A stretch of DNA of 63,825 nucleotides, filler included, from Choristocarpus tenellus KU-1152 (lineage: Eukaryota > Protista > Phaeophyceae): assembly GCA_964200185.2 (NCBI GenBank). It is 9 parts of 9 records of this genome, joined end to end, with 100 filler letters (N's around TTAATTAATTAA, not from the genome) between each part and the next. Parts side by side here need not be neighbours in the genome. Positions count along the whole stretch, not along the records: positions 48,982 to 52,459 come from CAXNAD020019764.1; positions 52,560 to 56,941 come from CAXNAD020014812.1; positions 57,042 to 60,116 come from CAXNAD020022502.1; positions 60,217 to 63,825 come from CAXNAD020018978.1; 5 more parts are not named here. One strand, written 5' to 3'. Under the pieces are notes generated by a model, which made no database searches, was not told the DNA's origin, and worked only from the letters and a program-made list of their open reading frames with translations. A program made the translations under genes and the position numbers. Positions 50,993 through 62,536 of the stretch are shown piece after piece; positions within the stretch are counted from its first letter, which is position 1, and every line of letters starts with the position of its first letter.

Positions 50993-52316
50993 ATGTCGAC
51001 GACGAATGTCCCTATCACGTCCTGCCTTAACCTCATGAGGCGCTTGCCTCCAAAGGACATCGAGACGAGCCTAACTGGCCTGCTTAACCTCGTGCCAGAT
51101 GCAACCGATGAACTGCTGCAGAGAGTGGATCAGGCAAGTAAACTAGCCCTTGGAGACACACGAAATGCTCGATTTAGCGTAGTACGGAAGCTAAAAACCT
51201 GCCTAATCTGATGTAGCTATCGCCCTTCCCATTCTTCCTACTCATGTAATGCCGACCTTGGATAGCACCAAAGTCCCAAAGTGCGTACAACTTCATGTGC
51301 TATACCTCTGGGACTCATGGTGTGCCTTTCGACCCTAAGCCTATCCATGAAACCATCCCGATACTTGTGGCGTCTCTCACACCCAACCTTCACTCTTCTT
51401 CCCACCATGCAAACTAAAAACCTCTCCTCCCTTCCCACCTCCTCCATCTTTGTATAGACAAACGATATGAGAGTGCTGAAAATATGATCTGATCCTCAAT
51501 ACTACTAAGCCACCCCTCTTGCCCATCTTTCTCTGCCGCAGCCTTTACATGAGGCGACTGACACTGACACAGGGAGGCGATTCCTAATGTGCGAGTACAA
51601 CCGAGACGCCAACTCCTACCGGAGCCCTTGGAGCAACAAGTACTATCCACCACTCGAGGACGGCTACACTCCGGGAGACAGGCTCCGTAAGATGGAGGTA
51701 TATGTCTCAACCCTTTTTGCTTTTTGTAGGACTCAAGTCACCCTTACATAACGTATATATATATATATATATATATATATCAAACAGGTGGAATAGGGGA
51801 CGACATTCACAGGAGTAACATAACCTCGTATAATTCGCTCTTTCAAAGGCTAGCTTGCACCTTTGAAAGCAGTATTCCCCATAGTACACAATGTGATTCT
51901 CATGTCAACATGTCTTGGAACCTCCAGGTGACATCGCTGGCAGTGCCAAAAATTGTTGTGCCACGACCAAGGCTGGAACGGTGTGGATCACAACTAACTT
52001 ACTAGTGCCTTTTTGCTTTTTTGGTCCAAATACTATTCTTTTCAAAACAAATGATAGCAAATTCCACTTTCTTTACTCCCCTCCTTTCCTACCACTAAAG
52101 GAGGATGCTAATCTCTTATTGGACGCCTACCGTGAGCTCTACTACGGCGGAGGTGTCAGCTCTGTGTACCTGTGGGACCTTGAGGATGGAGAGGGGGGTG
52201 GGGGCAGTGCAGGGGCAGGGAGCTTTGCAGGATGCTTCTTAGTGATGAAGTGTGTGGGGCAGGAGGGGGAAGGGGAGGATCTTTTGGGCTCTTGGGAAAG
52301 CTCTCATGTGGTACAG
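50993..52316 (+). CDS. CAPZB: F-actin capping protein beta subunit, first three exons (3' end off contig)
   Basis: Exons 50993-51133 (CLNLMRRLPP...LLQRVDQ, ends CAG|gcaagt), 51542-51697 (PL...FLMCEYNRDANSYRSPWSNKYYPPLEDG), 52101-52316 (AN..LDAYRELYYGGGVSSVYLWDL...FAGCFL...WESSHVV). Confidence 0.95.
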
Positions 52317-52459
52317 GTCAGAAGGCATCAACATAGGGAGGCGGGTTTTTTGGGACTAGTTATGCATTCAACAGCAAGAAGTGGGGGAGGGAGGAGCAGG
52401 GGGGGGGGGGGGGAGGTGCTTGTTTCAGGAAGATGTTTTTCTGTCTGAATAACAAAACA

Positions 52460-52559
52460 NNNNNNNNNNNNNNNNNNNNNNNNNNNNNNNNNNNNNNNNN
52501 NNNTTAATTAATTAANNNNNNNNNNNNNNNNNNNNNNNNNNNNNNNNNNNNNNNNNNNN
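52460..52559. other. Artificial contig linker
   Basis: N44-TTAATTAATTAA-N44. Confidence 0.98.
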
Positions 52560-52836
52560 AAAACGATTATGTTATAGTTACGGAGTTGGGGTGGTACGAC
52601 CTCAATTGTCATGGACGTGCTTTCTTCAGTGATCCTGGGTGTATAGCAGGGGCGGTGTAGTTCATATTTTCGATTTGTTCTCTACACCGCCTTTTTCTTT
52701 CATCTATGTCCCTCATCTGCCACATCATCACTCCTAAAGTGAAGCACTTAACATATAGTCATGTCTCTTTTATCCAAATCCCTGATGTGCTACATACACC
52801 TTGCGCTTGTGCGGTGTACATGTGTCCATTGTTCAG

Positions 52837-55025
52837 GAGGACGCTGTTGCTCGCGCACGTTCTGCTTTACTTTCGTCTTCTAATATGGCTCAAGCTGAGA
52901 TTGACCAGGGAGCTGCGGAGGTTGCCACTGGGGAGGAGGATAGGGCGAAGCTAAGGGGGAAGGAAAGTGTTGAGGTTGCGTTGACAAGGGCCTACCCAGC
53001 TCTCAAGGATGAGATTTCTCCAACTGGACGAGGATCATTGCTGCATCAGGTATGTGCTGAAGAACTAGGGATGGGGTGTAGAAACGCAGTCTTGAAGTCG
53101 TGCCGATGATACATAAAACTCACATTCATACTTTCTCCTAACACTGCGACCAGGAGCTGTTGAACCATGGGGAGATTAGCGCTATGGATCTTGCCTCTTG
53201 GTGTGTAACGGAATATTCCTGCCAAGGTGTACTGAACTTTGTTGCCGGCTTTACCGGGTCTACTCTTCAGGAGAAGCAGGGAACGAAGATGCGCTTTGAT
53301 GTTCCTCCCCAGGTGATTGGATTAGCTAGTACCTTGTGTGTCGTTATTAGTTAACACTAGATTGGACAGGGTGTATGATATGGTGGCAGGATCGAAAAGT
53401 GAAGAATTGAAAAGACTGGAGTTTGGGTTGTTGGTTGCAATTGGTATATATTCTATTGTCCCATTGCAGGAATGACTCTCTACATTGGCAGTCGATTGTA
53501 CGTTGATTGGTTGTCTTTACACGAAAGAATTGGGACAGGAACGTGTGCTGGGGTATTTATTTTTGTCGAAAAACTGAACTCTACTATACGAAGGTGTTAG
53601 GTTCGATAGGTGTATATACACCCATGTTATTCTTGCATTTTGTACATTGCACCTCTTCCGCATTTTGCTTCTTACCAGGGATGAAAAAACGCCGCCAAAC
53701 ATGCACTTTTGGTTCACCTGAGATGGAAAACTTTTCAGAAGTAATCTTGATCGAAAATACGCTGCTACGGCACACCTTTTTTGGTATTATTTCCACAGCT
53801 ATGCATAGCTGATTCATGACATGATTCTTTCTCAACAAACAACTTCGAAGTACGCGGCTCTAATTTCCCTTCCTTTTTCTGCCTACACCCACTTATCACA
53901 TCTGCTTATTCCACTATACACTAGGAGGGATTGAGCCTAGGCAACATCTTTGGCTTGCTGGAAGATCACCGGCATGAGTTAAGGATCTCAGACTATGCCC
54001 TCGGGCAGACATCCCTGGAGCAGATATTCAACTTCTTTGCCTCGCAGCAAGTGAGTGGATTTCGCCAGTTGTGTGTGTAAGTTTGGGAGGGGTATATTTT
54101 CGTCCAAGTTCTGCACCAGCACCTTGTCATCAGATTATCTGAACAACCCTGTATTTCCTAGTCTTCATCGCTACAGTGGTATGGTTGAAAGCGAGAGGGA
54201 AACCATCAAGGCTGCATGCTTGATATGCCTTATTACTCGGCCTATTCTTGACTTCAAAGGGCTGTGATAGATTCGACAAATTTCATGTTTGTGACCTCTG
54301 CCAGTAGGGTGTCCAGTGGAGTAGTTAGTAGTGTAAACAACAGTCTGTAGCATTACACCAGTAGTACATCTAAGTCTTTCTTATTTCTCGTCACTATATG
54401 GCACAACATAAGAGAAATTCTGCGGATACGTGGGGTTGGTGGCAGTAACTTCATGAAGTGCGCTGTTTTGAGAAGTTTCTTCCAGAAGACAAATGAGTGT
54501 GCGATAGGTGATTGTTGTTGAATTCCTTTAAGGGGTCGAGTAGAATCTGTAATTGGCCCCAATCCAAGCACACTTTCTTACAACATCAAAGTGTGGGTAT
54601 GCGGTTTCGATTAGTTGTTTTCAATTCCTGCCGACCAAACGACGCAAGCATGTATAGGACGTCGATATCATTTCATACATATATCTGCAGACTGTACGCA
54701 AGAACATTCTTCAGTGGTCCAGCAAGTAACCAATTTTCCAACCCGATGGTTACAATGTACTCCTAGAGGTTGCTTCCTTGAATCCATGTGATCAACATGC
54801 GGTTGTCACAATAATAAAGTCAAGTTGCATGTTGCAGAATCATCAACAACTCAACATTGTACCCATGCCACTCCATTTACCCACACTTCACAGGAGGAGG
54901 AAATGGACACAGCGCCCGGGATGTCTCAACCCTTCTCCATTCAAAGGATGAATTCTCAGGGATCTGTCCTGCAGGCACCTACAGCAACTGAAGAAGAAAA
55001 GACAACAGCAGGCACCATTGTATGA
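52837..55025 (+). CDS. 3' exons of an ABCA-subfamily transporter (C-terminal regulatory domain)
   Basis: Exons 52837-53049, 53154-53312, 53925-54050, 54894-55025, all phase 0: FTGSTLQEKQGTKMRFDVP, SLGNIFGLLE...LRISDYALGQTSLEQIFNFFASQQ (ABCA Y.vsQTtLEqiF signature). Confidence 0.88.
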
Positions 55026-56364
55026 AGTATCCTTGGACACACCGTGATATCGTTAGTAGGAAAAGGTCTAGTATTTGGTGCATATAGAAGGAGGCATGAG
55101 CTGATGTAATCTGTGTGGAGTGGATGAAAAGAGAGAGGTATATGTTGAAACATAGGCTGCTCCTACTGACACATAGGTACAGTTCAGCATCATCACCTTC
55201 TCATGACTGCCCTGTTCTCTAGTATTGCTCCCTTAGTGTATAACGGCACAGCCACGTCCAACCCTGCTGTACACGGACCTGTACTTTCGTCCTCATTACT
55301 CACTATGCACTCTGTTGTTTTGCTTAATCATGGATTAGTGTCTGTCCCTGGCATTGAAAAATCGGTATGCCGCCACCTACCTGACGCATTGTTGGACGCA
55401 GACTTGAGACTTGATTCATCCTTTTGTAGATAGGACAGTTGATGACTATATCGACACCTTGAGGTGGTTGCCCCAACACTTGGGCTCAATTTGCGTGAAG
55501 TGCACATCCAGTGCACACTGGATGGATTATATTCCGAGTTCATACAAGCATAACCTTCACAAGTTAAAAGCTTCTAACCAGAGCATGCGACTCTACCCAC
55601 TTTTACAGCACTGATCAGAGCTGTACGGTGCAATATCAACAAAGTCTCTTCACAGAGCGCAAACTATATTTTTGACATTGCACGTCATCAATGCTTCAGT
55701 GCATTGGGTCAACCTCTTCACTATCACGAGATTCCAAGTCTCTACACAAAGCATATTATCTGAATCCACACAGTGTTAATCTGTACTTCAGAGTACAACT
55801 TCATCCAATGCAAGACTCCAACGTTATGGTGGTATGATACATCCTTTAAATGCAACCCTTGGTACCTCTTATTTAATTCGACACGTTGTCGTTACACCTC
55901 GTGAAGAACTGTAAGGCTTTGTCACGAGGGGAAAAGAAGGGATAATGTGCAGCAGGAAGACTGTCTTCTGGTAAGTTACACTTGCAGTTTTTTGTAGTAC
56001 TCGGCTACACGAGTGTTGGTGTGACTTCCAGTGAGAGGTGGGAACGACTTACTGTGTACAGGCTATCCAAGGCTTTGCCATGCGGAGGAGAGAGCGGGGA
56101 GCATTAGCGCTGTTAGGGTGGACAGTTCTTTGAACAGAATAATTTAGTTGAATTTGCGGCACTCTCGTTTTTATTGAATGACCTGTAGTTAAGTAACTAT
56201 TACGTTCTTTATTGAATATGTATCTCCTTCCCCAAGTGGAAGTCCACCAAAGCCACTCTCAGCTAAGAATTTGTCAGATTGTGTGTGGCAGCAATATTCT
56301 GCAAACAATGAAATGTAGAGGATTACTGTTCAACAGTCATAAAGCACTTCATGGCTCTCGATCT

Positions 56365-56366
<2 letters not shown>

Positions 56367-56416
<50 letters not shown>

Positions 56417-56426
56417 TCTCTCTCTC
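56367..56426. repeat. (CT)n microsatellite
   Basis: About 30 nearly perfect CT units. Confidence 0.9.
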
Positions 56427-56879
56427 CAAGATACTTGTCTTGTTAGGTTGCACATGACCTTGTCCTTTTGTTTGCAAATCCGTCGAGCATAACTCCCAGA
56501 ACAGTTAAGTTGCCGTCTATTGCACTTGGTTCATATATGGTGAACATATCTACGGGCTCATGAATCCTTCAAACCTGTGCACATGTTTGCGACAATATCA
56601 ATCTGATACTTTTGTGCTGTGAATCGGTGGATGAACTTATTCTTAAAGCCTGGGACACTTAAGTGGATACTGTGCAACACTTCTTGGTGTTCACTCACAG
56701 CTCACTCATGGCAGGAGGGGCTTTGGACCCTATTTACATCTACTGATACACACCACCCACCCGTTCTTACTTGAGTCCATTGCCTCCCTACCCCACTTTC
56801 CAAATATTCTTACCCCTCTGAACCGTATACACGTCTCCTATTTGACCCTCCATCAATCCAAGAACTGCCCCCCCCCCCC

Positions 56880-56912
<33 letters not shown>

Positions 56913-56941
56913 CCCCCCCCCCCTGCCTCGCCCCCCCCACT

Positions 56942-57041
56942 NNNNNNNNNNNNNNNNNNNNNNNNNNNNNNNNNNNNNNNNNNNNTTAATTAATTAANNN
57001 NNNNNNNNNNNNNNNNNNNNNNNNNNNNNNNNNNNNNNNNN
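56942..57041. other. Artificial contig linker
   Basis: N44-TTAATTAATTAA-N44. Confidence 0.98.
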
Positions 57042-57511
57042 CTTCATTAAAACACCATAAAAGCCGCGGGTCCAGTGTGGGATAGTTCAACAGGTATCCC
57101 ATCGAGGGATTGCCAGTTGGATTCTGAGGCGAACCTCTGGTATTGACCAGGCAGGATCATGGATGTGTTGTCCAGGCGGTTGTGGTGAATGTCTGTGAAG
57201 TTCGCGATGATGATAGTCTGAAGGGGCATGACGCGGGGACCCGGTTGTGCGTCCTGCATCATCATCACAAAGATGTTCGTTGCAAGGGCTGTGTTGGTAT
57301 GTAGGACTATTGGCATGTGTTTGCGCGTGATGGCCTTGTGTGGTTGTATGGGGGTGTTTGTTTTGGTTTTGAGGAATGGGAACTATTATGTAGGATAGAG
57401 GATATACTTAGATAGCGAAATGAAGGAATAGGATACGCTTGTTTGCCCTATGGAACTTGTGAAATATTATGTGAAAGTTTATGAATGCAGTTGTAGAGTA
57501 AGATAAGAAAT

Positions 57512-57687
57512 GACTCAAAGTGTCTGGGGGGGGGGGGTCTACACCATGGTGTCCAGTTGGACGAAAATCAGGAAAAGTACATTTACATTATGCATCCGAC
57601 GTATGCAACCAAATCACCCCAAAAATCGCAACATGAAAAAATTGATCGCGAACGGACAGCCGCCACCCCCCTCAGATGCTCTGAGCG
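57512..57687. mobile_element. MITE family B
   Basis: GACTCAAAGTGTCTG...CAGATGCTCTGAGCG, flanked by AAT/AAT. Confidence 0.8.
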
Positions 57688-58024
57688 AATGACACCAAGA
57701 ACAATTGTGGTTTGGATGTCAGGTTTGGACGTTATGGGAGGATTTTATTGTATGTGAGGGGATATCACGGGATATGCAACATCTGTATATGGACAGCACG
57801 ATTTCATTTGTGTGGAACATTGTTCTCTTAGTAACGATAAGAAGCGTTTCTCACCTTATCCGTCCGTGACATGCGAATAGTTGGTGCTCCATCAACAAAG
57901 CTAGCACTCAGCACCTCGAAGTCCTCAGTGACAAAGACCACCTCATCTCCAGCACGGAGCATACTCCGTAGCTGGAGTCTTGCCTGGCATTCCATTGAAT
58001 CGTGTCCTTGCAGTGGAAAGTGAA

Positions 58025-58283
58025 GAGTCAAAGTATCTTAGAGGGTAGGGACGCGTCCATTCGGGGGCCGAAATCCAATGTTGCGATTTCCATGTAATTT
58101 TATCCGTCGTATTTGTTAGGAAGTGTCAGTATCCTTGTTCCGGACACATCATTTCATAACATATACATATTACCTACTCCGAAAAATTTCGGAGTAGGAA
58201 AAATATCACAAAAACCCCATGGGAAGCCAAGCCCCAAATGAACAAACAGGGCAGAACTCGTACCCTCTAAGATACTTTCACTC
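58025..58283. mobile_element. MITE family A inserted into a coding frame
   Basis: GAGTCAAAGTATCTTAGAGGGTA...TACCCTCTAAGATACTTTCACTC; perfect TSD TGAA/TGAA. Confidence 0.9.
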
Positions 58284-58858
58284 TGAACGGCCAGAACTCT
58301 ATACCATTGTACTCCGATGGCTGCGTCAGCACAATGCATACATTCCCCCCAGCGAGCTGTCTCTTCTTCCTCGACAGCTGGCTCCTCAGATACATATCGC
58401 CAGTTCCTGTTTCCGTGGAAAATCCGAGGTCTCTTAAGCGGGGGCACATGGGTTAGTTGCCACCTGCATTGGGCCAGGTTGCCGATGGAACTGTTCGTGC
58501 AGTAGCAGGACAGCTCGGTGTATATCAATGTACGGGAGTCTCCGGTGGTGAGCTGACCAGTGAAGAACCTGTGCATGGACTTTATGCCACCGAGGTTTGG
58601 GACACGTGGGTCGTGTCGTTCCGCGCGGTCGATCTTGTAAGCCAGAAGGTGGACTATCTCCTGTGTTCAGAACATGTCGATGTATAGAAATTTCGTAGAC
58701 GTGTTACTGTGCGGTCTGCCGTCCCTATCCGTCCAATCCTAAGGGTTGTGGTGATTGTGCGTATACGGGGAGGGTGGGTACGTGTTGGAGTCAGTGTTGG
58801 TACCAAGGCGGGGTCCTGTGACCAAATCGATGTTATGGCATTTTCTTTGGGATGATAT

Positions 58859-59933
58859 GTGCTACCTATTCCTGTCACAAGTGTTTGGTAAATGACAGAT
58901 GAAAGTATGGGGAGGAAAACAATAACTTAGAGTTTCGGGTTAGTTTGACGGTTGGCAGACTTCTGTGAAATAGAGGGCGAGATGATTATAAGTGTGCACG
59001 GACGGTGTGCGGTCGATTAAGAAGTGTGTATGTGCGATTATCATGTCGTGCGTGGTGTCGACGTGAAGGGAAGGTACGAATGTGACATAATGGACCAACG
59101 ATATTTATTGCGTGTTTAGTGTATGGGTTGTTGAGGGGCGGGAGGGGGAGTCTGTCACCAGTGGCAAATAGAGGCCGATTATTGTGAGTGGGGGGAATCG
59201 TGCATGTAGTACATGTGCTACCTATTCTTGCAACAAGCAATGGGTACATGGCCGACATTGATACGGGAAAGAAAACAAGACTTGGAGTTTTGCGCGAGTT
59301 TTCCGAATTGGCAGGCTTATTCAAAATGGAGGGTGATGATTGCAAGTGTGCACGGACGGCGTGTGGTTGATTGAGAAGAGTGTATGTGTGATTAGCGCGT
59401 CGCACATGGTGTCAATGAGAAGGGTAGGCACGGATGTAACATAATGGGTCAACGATATCTATTGCATGTTTAGTGTATGGCAAGGGGCGGGAGGGGGGAG
59501 TCTGTTGCCAGTGGCAAATAGAGGCCGATTATTGTGAGTGGGGGGGACCATGCAAGTCGAATAAGAGCTACCTGCTCCTGTAACAATTTTTGGTAAGCGA
59601 TTGATGTTAATATGGGGAAGAAAACGATAATATAGAGTTTTGGGTTAGTTTGTCGGTTGGAAGGCTTATGCAAAATAGAGGGCGATGATCGCAAGTGTGC
59701 ACGGACGGTGTGCAGTCGATTGAGAAGCGCGTATGTGCGATTAGCATGTCGCGCGTGGTGTCGATATGAAGGGAAGGCACGGATGTGACACAATTTGCAA
59801 CGATATCTATGGCGTGTTTAGTGTATTGGTGGACAGGGGCGTACAGGTAAGGGTTGTGGCCAGTGGCAAACAGAGGCCAATTATTGTGAGTGGGGGGGAC
59901 CATGCATGTGTTATATGTGCTACCTATTCCTGT
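58859..59933. repeat. Tandem array of three diverged ~352-bp units
   Basis: The anchor G(T/A)GCTACCT recurs at 58859, 59215, 59566 and 59917; each unit contains AAGTGTGCACGGACGG and CCAGTGGCAAA.AGAGGCC.ATTATTGTGAGTGGGGGG. Confidence 0.9.
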
Positions 59934-59946
59934 AGAGTTAGGGTTA

Positions 59947-60116
59947 AGCTCAGAGTATCTGAGGGGGGGTGGCGGCTGTCCATTCGCGGTCAATTTTTTC
60001 ATGTCGCGATTTTTTGGGTGATTTGGTGACATACGTCGGATGGATAATGTAAATGTACTTTTCCTGATTTTCGTCTAACTGGACACCATGGTGTAGACCC
60101 CACCCCGCCGCGAAGC
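59947..60116. mobile_element. MITE family B, truncated at the contig end (further terminal stubs at 18472-18497 and 60217-60236)
   Basis: GCTCAGAGTATCTGAGGGGGG... is a near reverse complement of the 57512 copy. Confidence 0.8.
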
Positions 60117-60216
60117 NNNNNNNNNNNNNNNNNNNNNNNNNNNNNNNNNNNNNNNNNNNNTTAATTAATTAANNNNNNNNNNNNNNNNNNNNNNNNNNNN
60201 NNNNNNNNNNNNNNNN
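60117..60216. other. Artificial contig linker
   Basis: N44-TTAATTAATTAA-N44. Confidence 0.98.
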
Positions 60217-60711
60217 CCCCCCAGATTCTTTGACCCTGACGCACGGAAAGTGAATCCTCTTTTGGCTCAATCCGACATAGAACCAAAGTAAACGAGACAT
60301 ACTCAGTTCTTGGCCATTTTGCATTTGTAAGTCGATCTTTCATTCTTCTGCACAATTTACCCATAAATAATTCTACGGATCAAGTGATAGTTTTTTTACT
60401 CGGGAGAGTTGATTTCACTGTTGTTTGTGAAAGTTTTCAACACAGTTAGGAAAATACTTCATACGCATTAAAAAGAAAAAAGAGTAAAATGTTGCACGTA
60501 TTTTCCGGCACCCTTAGAATGCAACACACTATTGGGTGCCTATTGTTTACTTTTGACTCATAAGCTTATTTTCATATGTAGCCAACTAATCGCCCTCTAC
60601 ATCAATCTTAATGTGACGATCCCTTTGTAGTTCCTCCTCGGTTTTCACGCTATTTACTCACCATGTGTGTGTTGTTCCCTTGCGGGATGTGAAATTCTGT
60701 TGTTGCAACAG

Positions 60712-61888
60712 AGGTACGGCAGTTTCTTGGAGCGGGCACGATGCACCTGGGCAATAAGGGAGTAGAAGAGTGTATTTGCCTACCATTTCCCATACATAAT
60801 TAAATGTTTGATGCGCATCCAAGGATGCATTGTAAATGGAAAAGAGTCAAAGTAATCGAGAGGTACCTGTAGCTGCATTTTTTAAGGTTGCTGACGACTA
60901 TGTGTAAAATTCATCAATTTTTTTCAAATGCACTAGTATATTTTTCGGATCTCTTGTCGAAATTCTTCAAGCAATGGAGAAATCAATGTTCTCAAGTCAA
61001 ACTTAGCGCTTGGTCAATGTAAATATTGGGCGAATTGTAAAAGAAATAAACCTGTCTTAATCTGCAAAACGAACAAAACCTGAGTGCCTCTCGCTTACTT
61101 TGGCTCAAAGATTGATGGACAGGAATATTCTTATTACCTTTCCTTACTCAAGGACAAGAAGATATTCTCCAGTTCTTTTGAATCCTCATTTGGTCAAGTA
61201 TTGCAATATTTTAAGGCTTCTAGATTTCCTGGTGGTACGGGTTTGTGTGTGTGCATGTTTATGTTTATGATTGTGTGAATGTTTATGCCTGTGGCCTTCA
61301 TGCTTCTACCTGTTTACATCTTTTCCACAGTCCATGATACTTTGAGCGAATAAGATGTAGAGTCAAGAAATATCACTAGACACTAACCTTTGAACCCTGT
61401 ATCATTGTGTACCTTCAGGTAACTAACTGCTTGTTCCCTTTTGTCTGGCGCATTGCTATCAGTAGCCACGCACAAGTTTCTTTGCAAGACCACCCTGAGA
61501 CAAAACGACCCTGCAAGGGACGAGATTGAACAGGGATTGATTGTATTGTGTGCCTTACATGCAACGTTTTTGCATTACCTTGGATATACCAAGGGAAATT
61601 CAGTCGAAAAAATGCTCTATCTGAAATATAATATGTAGGGTGTGGAATCATAGTAAGAGGTGTACATGTCTGCCTAGTTCTCCCAGGAAGAGTACTGAGT
61701 TCTTGTAAGAATTCACTTTTGAAGGTGCCAGTGATTTACCAGACTTTAGGAATTGCAGAAATTTTGACACACGGCGAAAGGGTCATGTCGGATCACTTCA
61801 AACACATACTACATATTCCCGCACACACATCCCTCCTAACCATTGACAACCCTCACTTCAATCACTCCTGTTAAATAGTACCACATGC

Positions 61889-61924
<36 letters not shown>

Positions 61925-62536
61925 AAAGCCAGTCTCCCTGTTCCAAATCCATTGTTCTACCTGATGCTACGTCAATTACACGGACTGAAAGGTTCATTGG
62001 CCTCGAGAGTAAACAGCAGCAAGAAGAGGTCCAATATCGGTCGAAGTGTGAAAGAGAAAAGGCAAGCTCAATGCAATGCTAGCACTCCTACAATGCATGG
62101 AAGTATGCAGACCTTTATCCTTAATATCTGACAGATATATATGTATATATATACATAATATATATACAATGGTTCAGTTGATCAACACTCATCTGCGTTT
62201 CCTGCTTAAATGGATAAGATCTGGAGACTTGCCAAATGGCATCAGTCAACTCCAGTCGCCCTCCCATGTATGACTTGGCCATTCAACCCCAAGTTTAGCT
62301 ACATATACGTACCATCACACTGCAAGCATGCGTATTCACAATTCACCAGAATATGCTGGAATGCTGCACTACGCCCATACACAAGAGCACTCACAAACCT
62401 GGTCATATTATTGTTACTGTCCCCTAATGCTTCCGTTGTTGCCCAGGAAGAGCTTCACATGAAGCACAAGCGGGCGTATGATCTCTTGATCGAGGAGACT
62501 GCACAACGAGCCTATGGTGGTGTCAGTTCGTGCCAA
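60712..62536 (+). CDS. Internal exons of an uncharacterised coiled-coil protein
   Basis: Exons 60712-60771, 61463-61542, 62017-62061 (GC donor), 62447-62536 join in phase to give VRQFLGAGTMHLGNKGVEELATHKFLCKTTLRQNDPARDEIEQGLIQQEEVQYRSKCEREKEELHMKHKRAYDLLIEETAQRAYGG. Confidence 0.55.
60844..61106. mobile_element. MITE family C, intronic
   Basis: GAGTCAAAGTAATCGAGAGGTAC...GTGCCTCTCGCTTACTTTGGCTC (imperfect 23-bp TIR); flanks AAA/AAA. Confidence 0.75.

Larger units (their letters stand above)
57047..58660 (-). pseudogene. Spliced, MITE-disrupted relic resembling the C-terminal Cys-rich part of a Sola-like DNA transposase
   Basis: After acacag| at 58660: EIVHLLAYKIDRAERHDPRVPNLGGIKSMHRFF...LIYTELSCYCTNSSIGNLAQC. 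The reading frame is restored across 58025-58283 when the MITE and one TSD are removed (VLAVHFPLQGHDS). Donor AAG|gtgaga at 57855; last exon 57253-57047. The family assignment rests on remembered motif similarity only. Confidence 0.5.

Noticed and set aside
58986-60032. ORFs of 100-140 aa in the tandem array as a repeat protein
   Set aside because: Frames are not preserved between units (indels and stops), so this is a non-coding repeat.
10298-60216. Recurrent TTAATTAATTAA flanked by Ns as a biological repeat or CRISPR-like element
   Set aside because: It is an identical 100-nt synthetic linker with six-frame stops used to concatenate contigs.
60061-60236. The end of one contig and the start of the next forming a single family B MITE
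   Set aside because: The flanks (GTTA/TTAA versus TGAC) do not form a TSD, and contig order is arbitrary.
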